Shown here one piece after another: positions 1 to 5,572 of a DNA stretch of 13,855 bases (its first letter is position 1; each line of letters opens with the position of its first letter). The DNA lies in NCBI GenBank assembly GCA_046754105.1, contig JBHHVD010000081.1, positions 1-13,855 on the forward strand, in the 5' to 3' direction. The DNA comes from Candidatus Krumholzibacteriia bacterium. GTDB lineage: Bacteria; Krumholzibacteriota; Krumholzibacteriia; WVZY01. A program made the position numbers and the translations under genes. The notes beneath the pieces are model-generated. The model had not been told where the DNA came from. It searched no databases and saw nothing but the letters and a program-made list of their open reading frames with translations.

Positions 1-812
1 CTGAGGTAAACGGTTTTCTCGGACGGAAAGACCGACTGCACGCGGGCGATGCCTGTCACGTACAAGGCGCCGAGGCTGGCGAACAGAGCCGTCTGCGTTA
101 TGAGACAATACGCGACCTGACGGTTCGTCCGGATTTGGGCGAGCCCGTCCCGGATGGATCGAACCACGGATGTCACGCCCGCATACCGCCGGCGGGCTTC
201 GCCGTGCGGGACGTGTCCGCCCGGTTTGGCGGCGCGCCACAACGTGAGCAGCGGCAGGAGGAAGACCACCGATACGAAATAACTGGCCGCGTCCGTGTAA
301 AAACTCATTTCCCACGTCCGAAAATCGAAGAGCCAGCCCCCGATCACGAAGCCTGCGAGGGTACCAACGATACCCAGCCCCCACAGCAGCGAGTTGATTC
401 TCAACAGACGCAACGAACCGAAAAGCTCCGGGATGACGGCGGACTTGGCGGGCGAGAAGAGCAGGTTCGCAAGGGTGAGGAAGAACACCGGTACGTAGAT
501 CGCGTAGAGTGTGCCCATGGCGTTAAAGAGTGTGGGGATTGCCAGCACCACCAGCGCACGAAAGAAGTCCACGACGATGAGCATGGCCACCTTGTTGGAA
601 CGGTCGATCAGGCTTCCAAAAAGCGGGGCAAAGACGATGACGGGGAGATGGCTGAAGACCGCGAATTGGAAGAGCTCCATGCTCGACCCCGCCGCGACCC
701 TGCCGATCATACCGATGACGGAGAATTGGTGCAGCCGGTCACCGAATATCGAAATGATCTGCGCGAAACCGAAAGAGAGAAAGCACAGTCTGAGCGTGCG
801 GGGACTGGTCAA
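1..812 (-). CDS. MFS transporter (DHA3/MefA-like), 3' end outside the window
   Basis: Not in the ORF track; read manually. TTG at 812-810, 3 nt after the GT stop, opens a stop-free frame to the edge: MTSPRTLRLCFLSFGFAQIISIFGDRLHQFSVIGMIG...FAPLFGSLIDRSNKVAMLIVVDFFRALVVL...LLFSPAKSAVIPELFG...GFVIGGWL...FYTDAASYFVS. It has an MFS motif-A-like GSLIDR, motifs typical of DHA3 exporters (ISxFGD, FxPAxxAxIP, DAASY) and about 7 hydrophobic segments. Confidence 0.9.
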   Translation of the reverse strand, partial: MTSPRTLRLCFLSFGFAQIISIFGDRLHQFSVIGMIGRVAAGSSMELFQFAVFSHLPVIVFAPLFGSLIDRSNKVAMLIVVDFFRALVVLAIPTLFNAMGTLYAIYVPVFFLTLANLLFSPAKSAVIPELFGSLRLLRINSLLWGLGIVGTLAGFVIGGWLFDFRTWEMSFYTDAASYFVSVVFLLPLLTLWRAAKPGGHVPHGEARRRYAGVTSVVRSIRDGLAQIRTNRQVAYCLITQTALFASLGALYVTGIARVQSVFPSEKTVYL

Positions 813-815
813 GCC

Positions 816-1988
816 TTACGCCTTCTGCGCCCGCACGAGCCTGGCGGTCGACGCGGGGGTCACCATGGCGAGATCGGCAGCACTATCGCCCTGGTATACC
901 GTTTCCAGCCGATCGACGATACGATCCCATCCGTATAGCCGGGCGAAGTCCAGGGCGTTGGTCCGCAGCTTCCAGCGCAGGGTGTCATCGGCCATCAGCC
1001 TCTCGATCGACTTCGAGAGCGACTGCGCGTCCCGGGGAGGCACGACGAGCGAGTTCCAGCCATCGCGCAGGATGGTCAGGTAGCCCGGAATCCCGGTGCC
1101 TATGACGGGGATGCCGGACGCCATCGCCTCGAGCAAAACGATACCGAAACTCTCGCGCTCGATAGCCGGCGAGCACAGCACGTCGCCCGACGCAAAATAC
1201 CTGGGCAGGTCTTCCTTGGACACCACGCCCGTGTATACGAGATCGACGCCCGCGGGGAGACGGGGCAGCAGATAGCGACGCGGTCCGTCATCACCCACGA
1301 CGATCAGGCGAACGCGTCCCCGCACGCGTTCGGCCACGGAGGCGACGGCACGAAAGAGGTACTTCAATCCCTTGCGCTTGTCCATCCGCCCGACGAACAA
1401 CACGTTGAACGCGTCGTCCCGCAGATGCGCAAACGGTTCGTGCCCGGGTGTAAAACGAGTGCAGTCGACGCCGTTCGGAATCACCTCGTACGTTCCGGGG
1501 AAATAGCGCGTGGCGAGGTCCATTGCCGCGTGCGACACGGCGACCCGGTGGTCGATGCGCCGCATGAGGCGGTTGAGAAGGGGTTTAAAAAAGCGGTAGG
1601 CCGCGATCCCCCTGGCGGCGGCGTGAAACGTTCCCACCACCCGGCTCCGGGACGGCGCCGCTAGCAGCGCCATCAACGGCAGGGTAGGGGCCGCCGGGCA
1701 GTGCGTGTGAATGACGTCCGGGTCGAGGGCGTGCAGGACTTCTTTCAGGCGGCCGTAGATACCGCGACCGGCGGTGACGTTCACCCACGCTCCGTTCACC
1801 GGTACGAGGATGTTGGTGCCGATTCGTACGACGCCCGGATCCACACCGTCGCGTTCCTTCCCAAAACTCGTTGTGACGACGGTGACCTGATGGCCTCGCT
1901 GCCGAAGCACCTGCGCCGAATGATGAACGTTTTCCGTTACGCCACCCGGACGGGGATGATACGACTGTGAAACGAGAACTAGCTTCAT
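816..1988 (-). CDS. GT4 (GT-B fold) glycosyltransferase, PimA-like (phosphatidyl-myo-inositol mannosyltransferase-like)
   Basis: 390 aa. Motifs YHPRPGGV, VPVNGAW, DVIHTHCPAAPTL, GTFHAA, RVAVSHAA, IPNGVD, LFVGRMDKRKG and ESFGIVLLEAMASG (EX7E) occur in the same order as the mycobacterial PimA motifs recalled from memory (PGGV, IPYNGSV, HEPNAPSL, ATFHTS, RIAVSDLA, IPNGVD, LFLGRYDEPRKG, ESFGIVLVEAMAAG). Substrate not proven. Confidence 0.88.
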   Translation of the reverse strand: MKLVLVSQSYHPRPGGVTENVHHSAQVLRQRGHQVTVVTTSFGKERDGVDPGVVRIGTNILVPVNGAWVNVTAGRGIYGRLKEVLHALDPDVIHTHCPAAPTLPLMALLAAPSRSRVVGTFHAAARGIAAYRFFKPLLNRLMRRIDHRVAVSHAAMDLATRYFPGTYEVIPNGVDCTRFTPGHEPFAHLRDDAFNVLFVGRMDKRKGLKYLFRAVASVAERVRGRVRLIVVGDDGPRRYLLPRLPAGVDLVYTGVVSKEDLPRYFASGDVLCSPAIERESFGIVLLEAMASGIPVIGTGIPGYLTILRDGWNSLVVPPRDAQSLSKSIERLMADDTLRWKLRTNALDFARLYGWDRIVDRLETVYQGDSAADLAMVTPASTARLVRAQKA

Positions 1989-2006
1989 TCCTCTGCTTTA
2001 TCCCCC

Positions 2007-2876
2007 TTATTCAATCCGGCGGAAAATACACCATTGTCCCGGCGCTTCCGCGATGCGGTGTTCCACCCTCGAAACGAGGCGTTGCGTCAGCGAGTGTTCC
2101 TCGTCCGCGGTCGCCGGTGGAGGGTACGGGTCCTCGACTATGAGCTCGAGGTGTCTTCTGCTCCGTCGGCGGGAAAAGGCCACGGCGATCGGCGCTCCGG
2201 TAAGGCGCGAGAGGTGCGCCGGCCCCCGGGGAACACGAACCCGCCGGTTCAAGAATAACACTTCGAATCCGCCCGTGAAAAGGTTGCCGTCGAGGTGGAG
2301 CGCCACGACGCGATTGGCGCGTAGGTCGCGGAGCAGCTCTCTGGCGCCGGCCCCCGGCCCGGCAACCTTGATGCCGGCGCGTTCCTTCAACACCCGCACC
2401 TGATCCGACCACGTGGGGCGGAGCTGGACACCCGCCACCGTCGTTACCGGAAAGCCTCGCAGCGCGAGGGCCAGGCCCGAGAGCTCCCAGTTCCCGGTGT
2501 GCATCGTGGTCAGTATGAGCCCATTGCCGTCTCCCAACGCCGTCCGGACCGTCTGCTCGCACCTGCGGGAGAGATCGACGTGGGTATCCCCGGCGCCGCG
2601 GGCCATCGCCCTCAACAGCTCGAGCGCGTTGAGCGCCTGGTTCTGGAAGGCGTGCCACGGCCGGTGGCGGCCCGGTGATGGGAGCGACCGCGTGTTGGCG
2701 AGGTAGTTCCTTCTTTTTTCGGGGCTCATCCAGTAGTGTAACGCCCCGCCCACGCGGGACGTGGCGTAGAGCAGCCAGTGGGGGGTTCGGGACGCCAGAC
2801 CCGCCGCCATCGCCAACGAAAGTGGCTGCGCCTGGCATCGGCTGGAAGGCGATGACAAATCAGGTGCTATCGTCAT
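2007..2876 (-). CDS. Lysophospholipid acyltransferase superfamily protein, LpxL/HtrB-PatA type
   Basis: GLILTTMHTGNWE (catalytic H-X4-D/E), VVALHLDG, VLFLNRRVRVPRGPAHLS and C-terminal IAEAPGQWCIF are typical of lipid A lauroyl and PIM acyltransferases. The start is uncertain: ATG 2876 has no SD; TTG 2816 or ATG 2810 are alternatives. Confidence 0.88.
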   Translation of the reverse strand: MTIAPDLSSPSSRCQAQPLSLAMAAGLASRTPHWLLYATSRVGGALHYWMSPEKRRNYLANTRSLPSPGRHRPWHAFQNQALNALELLRAMARGAGDTHVDLSRRCEQTVRTALGDGNGLILTTMHTGNWELSGLALALRGFPVTTVAGVQLRPTWSDQVRVLKERAGIKVAGPGAGARELLRDLRANRVVALHLDGNLFTGGFEVLFLNRRVRVPRGPAHLSRLTGAPIAVAFSRRRSRRHLELIVEDPYPPPATADEEHSLTQRLVSRVEHRIAEAPGQWCIFRRIE

Positions 2877-2879
2877 TCA

Positions 2880-2908
2880 ATTGCAAGAACGTAAGCAGAT
2901 TGCACGAA
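2880..2908. repeat. 10-bp imperfect direct repeat, candidate activator binding site
   Basis: ATTGCAAGAA (2880-2889) and ATTGCACGAA (2899-2908), 9/10 identical with a 19-bp period. Confidence 0.35.
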
Positions 2909-2945
2909 ACGGACGTGCCGGACCGGCGGCCCGGCGGTTGCGCGT

Positions 2946-2975
2946 ATTCTATACGATTTTCGGACAAGGAGTTAA
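2946..2975 (-). promoter_or_regulatory. Candidate sigma70-type promoter for the acyltransferase-GT-MFS operon
   Basis: Minus strand TTAACT (2975-2970), 18 nt, then TAGAAT (2951-2946): 4/6 and 5/6 matches to consensus, within an AT-rich patch. Confidence 0.45.
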
Positions 2976-3006
2976 GCGATTTTTTCCGAATGGGGGCCAA
3001 AATTTT

Positions 3007-3021
3007 TGGCACACTCTTTGC
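3007..3021 (+). promoter_or_regulatory. sigma54 (RpoN) -24/-12 promoter upstream of the mglA-like gene
   Basis: TGGCAC-ACTCT-TTGC fits TGGCAC-N5-TTGC, with exact GG(3008-3009)-N10-GC(3020-3021) spacing. It is intergenic and correctly oriented; predicted TSS about 3033. Confidence 0.8.
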
Positions 3022-3165
3022 GCATCCCCGTGCCGTCGGGCTGGGCCGGGAAGGGGCGACCGGCTCCGGACCGGTCCTCCCGGGTTGCGGAAGAGCCAGA
3101 CCGGCCTCAACAGACAAAACAGCAGGCATTTAGCCGACAAGAAACGGCCACGCGAAAGGCAAACG

Positions 3166-4317
3166 ATGGTTGTGTTCAATTACTCCGGGGCGGAGATCAA
3201 CGCCAAAGTGGTCTATTATGGACCAGCGCTAAGCGGGAAGACCACCAATCTGGAGTACATCTACGAAAAAATGCCGGCCGGCGCCAAGGGCAAGATGGTG
3301 TCGATGAAGACCCGCACCGACCGCACTCTCTTCTTCGATTTCCTGCCGCTCGAGTTGGGTGATATCAGCGGGTACCGAACACGGATGCTGCTCTACACGG
3401 TGCCCGGCCAGGTCTACTACAACGCAACGCGAAAGCTCGTCCTCAAGGGCGCGGACGCGGTGGTCTTCGTTGCCGACTCGACGCCGTCGAAAATGGACGA
3501 GAATGTCGAGAGCCTGCGCAACCTCGAGGAGAACCTCAACGAGCACGATCTCACGCTGGATACCATTCCATGGGTGATCCAGTACAACAAGAGGGATATC
3601 GGGGGGGCGCTACCGGTCAAGGCGCTCTCCGAGAAGCTGAACCCCTTGAACGTCCCCGTCTTCGAAGCAGTGGCGACCGATGGAACGGGTATCTACGAAA
3701 CCTTCCAGGCCATCGCGGGGATGCTGTATAACGAGCTCACCCAGCGCCTGTCGGAGACCCAGCCGCGGCGCGCGCCGCAAGAGGTGCCACCACCCCCCGC
3801 GGCCGCAGGACGGAAGAAACCGCCGGCGCCGCCGGTCGAAGAGGAAAAATCCGTCGTCGAGGTCGTCGACGTCGCCCTGCGCGAGGTCGAAGATTCGGAA
3901 GCGGTGCCCGTCCCGGCGGACCCGGTGCCGCCGAAGCCCAAGGGCGCGCCGGGAAAGGGTGCGTCCCGGCGCCGCCACAAGGCCGATCCGCCCGCCCAGG
4001 AGGAAAAAATGGATGAAATGGATGAAACGGTAGGCAGGGTCATCAATCTCGAAGACACCGAAACCCCGGGCGATGAGAAGACCTCGAAAGGGGAATTCGT
4101 GCTGGACCCCTTCCATTCCAGTAACCCCAAGAAGGCCAAAGCCGCGCCTCCGGCCGCCGCGCCGGCGGGGCCCGTCTCTCCCCCTGCGCCCCCCTTGCCC
4201 GAGGACGACGACGAGGTTTGCATCACGGTACCCGTAGTGGTCCGCCGGTCCCAAATGAGAAAGACGATACCGGTCAAGTTGAGCCTGGAAATCCAGGTCG
4301 TCGACGACGAACACTGA
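3166..4317 (+). CDS. mglA: MglA-family small Ras-like GTPase with long Pro/Glu-rich C-terminal extension (383 aa)
   Basis: Start reassigned to ATG 3166 (SD GAAAGG at 3154-3159). MVVFNYSGAEINAKVVYYGPALSGKTTNL (G1), TDRTLFFDFLP (G2 with the intrinsic Arg), YTVPGQVYY (G3), QYNKRD (G4) and EAVA (G5) closely match Myxococcus MglA as recalled. The G domain is about aa 1-195; the tail is nt 3751-4314. Confidence 0.93.
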   Translation: MVVFNYSGAEINAKVVYYGPALSGKTTNLEYIYEKMPAGAKGKMVSMKTRTDRTLFFDFLPLELGDISGYRTRMLLYTVPGQVYYNATRKLVLKGADAVVFVADSTPSKMDENVESLRNLEENLNEHDLTLDTIPWVIQYNKRDIGGALPVKALSEKLNPLNVPVFEAVATDGTGIYETFQAIAGMLYNELTQRLSETQPRRAPQEVPPPPAAAGRKKPPAPPVEEEKSVVEVVDVALREVEDSEAVPVPADPVPPKPKGAPGKGASRRRHKADPPAQEEKMDEMDETVGRVINLEDTETPGDEKTSKGEFVLDPFHSSNPKKAKAAPPAAAPAGPVSPPAPPLPEDDDEVCITVPVVVRRSQMRKTIPVKLSLEIQVVDDEH

Positions 4318-4345
4318 TCCGCCGCTCCGGCAAGCGCCTCGCTTC

Positions 4346-4387
4346 TGTCAAAAATTCTTGACACGGTTTTCACGGCTGTACTAGCTT
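4346..4387 (+). promoter_or_regulatory. sigma70-type promoter with an 18-bp palindrome overlapping the -35
   Basis: Perfect TTGACA (4358-4363), 18 nt, then TAGCTT (4382-4387). The -35 is the right arm of TGTCAA-AAATTC-TTGACA (4346-4363), which is 16/18 self-complementary. Confidence 0.65.
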
Positions 4388-4419
4388 CCAATCAAGCAAC
4401 TTAGCTAGTGGGAGCTATC

Positions 4420-5523
4420 GTGTCGGATCAGCCACAATCCAGAAAAGACCTTCGCTACGAGAGCCAGCTCAAGCAGCGGGTCAAAGAGAACCCCCGTGAT
4501 CAGTTCGCAATCTACGAACTGGTGCAGTCGCTGTGGGCGGGCGATCAGCGAGAGGAAGCGGTCGGGTACTGCCGGCGCCTGGTGGAGATACCGGAGATAT
4601 CCGGGACGCTGCTCGAAGCTGCCGCCAAGTTTTTTCTCGAGAACAAGTACCTGCGGGACGCGGTGACCACTTACGAACGTCTTTCGGCAATGCATCCCGA
4701 GCGAGCGTTACCTCATTTCTATCTCGGGCGGATTCACGAGCAGTTGGGGAAGGTGGAACGGGCCGACAAGGAGCACGAGCGCGCGATCGAACTCGAACCG
4801 GAGAACGCCGAGTGCCACTACCGGTACGGAGTCACGCTCGCCCGGTGCGATCGCTTCGAAGAAGCGGAGCAGTGTTACCGGCGAGCCATCGACCTCGACC
4901 GTGCGCACTCCAACGCATACACGAACCTGGGGTACCTGCTCGACTTGAGAGGCGAGGGCGACACGGCACTCCAGTTGTTTCGAAAGGCGGTTCAGTTCAA
5001 CCCGCAAAGCGCCGCCGCACACTTCAATCTCGGTGCGTTGTACGGGGAAGCGGGAATGCACGAGCGGGCGATTCACGAGTTCGAGATGGCGATCGAGCTG
5101 GACCCACGAAGCGCGGAAGGCCATTTCAACCTGGGCCTGGCGCTCTTCGAGCAGGGTAACGTCGGCGATGCCATTGAATCGTTCAGGAAGGCCGTCAGGT
5201 TCGACGGACGCCACAAGGAAGCGCATCTGTATTTGGGTCTGGCGTACAACAAGAAGGGCCTCTACGGCCAAGCGGTGAAGAGCCTGCAGCAGGCGCTCCA
5301 TCTCGACCCGGAAAACCCCACGATCCTGTACCACATTGGGCTGTGCTACAATCGCCTCGACGAACCCAACAAGGCGATTCCACCCCTCAAGCGCGCGATC
5401 GAAATCAACCCGAATGACGGCAAGGCCTATTACTATCTCGGCGTGGTTTACGACAAAGCTGGCCAAGTTGACAAAGCCCAGGAAAACTACCGAGCGGCGG
5501 ATCTCAAGTTTCAGGGGAGTTGA
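4420..5523 (+). CDS. Tetratricopeptide-repeat protein (about 10 TPRs, no other domain)
   Basis: Eight clean 34-aa repeats (e.g. AAAHFNLGALYGEAGMHERAIHEFEMAIELDPRS, KEAHLYLGLAYNKKGLYGQAVKSLQQALHLDPEN) plus two degenerate N-terminal ones. No signal peptide or TM segment. GTG 4420 has SD GGAG at 4411-4414; GTG 4408 is an alternative start. Confidence 0.93.
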   Translation: MSDQPQSRKDLRYESQLKQRVKENPRDQFAIYELVQSLWAGDQREEAVGYCRRLVEIPEISGTLLEAAAKFFLENKYLRDAVTTYERLSAMHPERALPHFYLGRIHEQLGKVERADKEHERAIELEPENAECHYRYGVTLARCDRFEEAEQCYRRAIDLDRAHSNAYTNLGYLLDLRGEGDTALQLFRKAVQFNPQSAAAHFNLGALYGEAGMHERAIHEFEMAIELDPRSAEGHFNLGLALFEQGNVGDAIESFRKAVRFDGRHKEAHLYLGLAYNKKGLYGQAVKSLQQALHLDPENPTILYHIGLCYNRLDEPNKAIPPLKRAIEINPNDGKAYYYLGVVYDKAGQVDKAQENYRAADLKFQGS

Positions 5524-5572
5524 GCGTACCGCAGAACGGAGAGGCAGCTTCCGCCCGTGTTTTCCGCGCGCC

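Noticed and set aside
135..938. 267-aa and 190-aa plus-strand ORFs
   Set aside because: Antisense shadows of the MFS and GT genes; no recognisable motifs, and high GC makes such frames stop-poor.
2881..3165. 95-codon N-terminal extension of MglA in the ORF track
   Set aside because: It spans the promoter region; MglA homology and an SD begin at ATG 3166.
3156..3200. AAGGCAAAC resembling the start of a c-di-GMP-I (GEMM) riboswitch
   Set aside because: No following GNRA-capped stem or GACGCAAA element; the sequence is explained by the SD, spacer and start codon.
4318..4345. Possible intrinsic terminator after mglA
   Set aside because: No convincing stem followed by a U tract.
3610..4391. 234-aa and 232-aa minus-strand ORFs over the MglA tail
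   Set aside because: Gly/Arg/Ser-rich mirror translations of a low-complexity GC-rich region.
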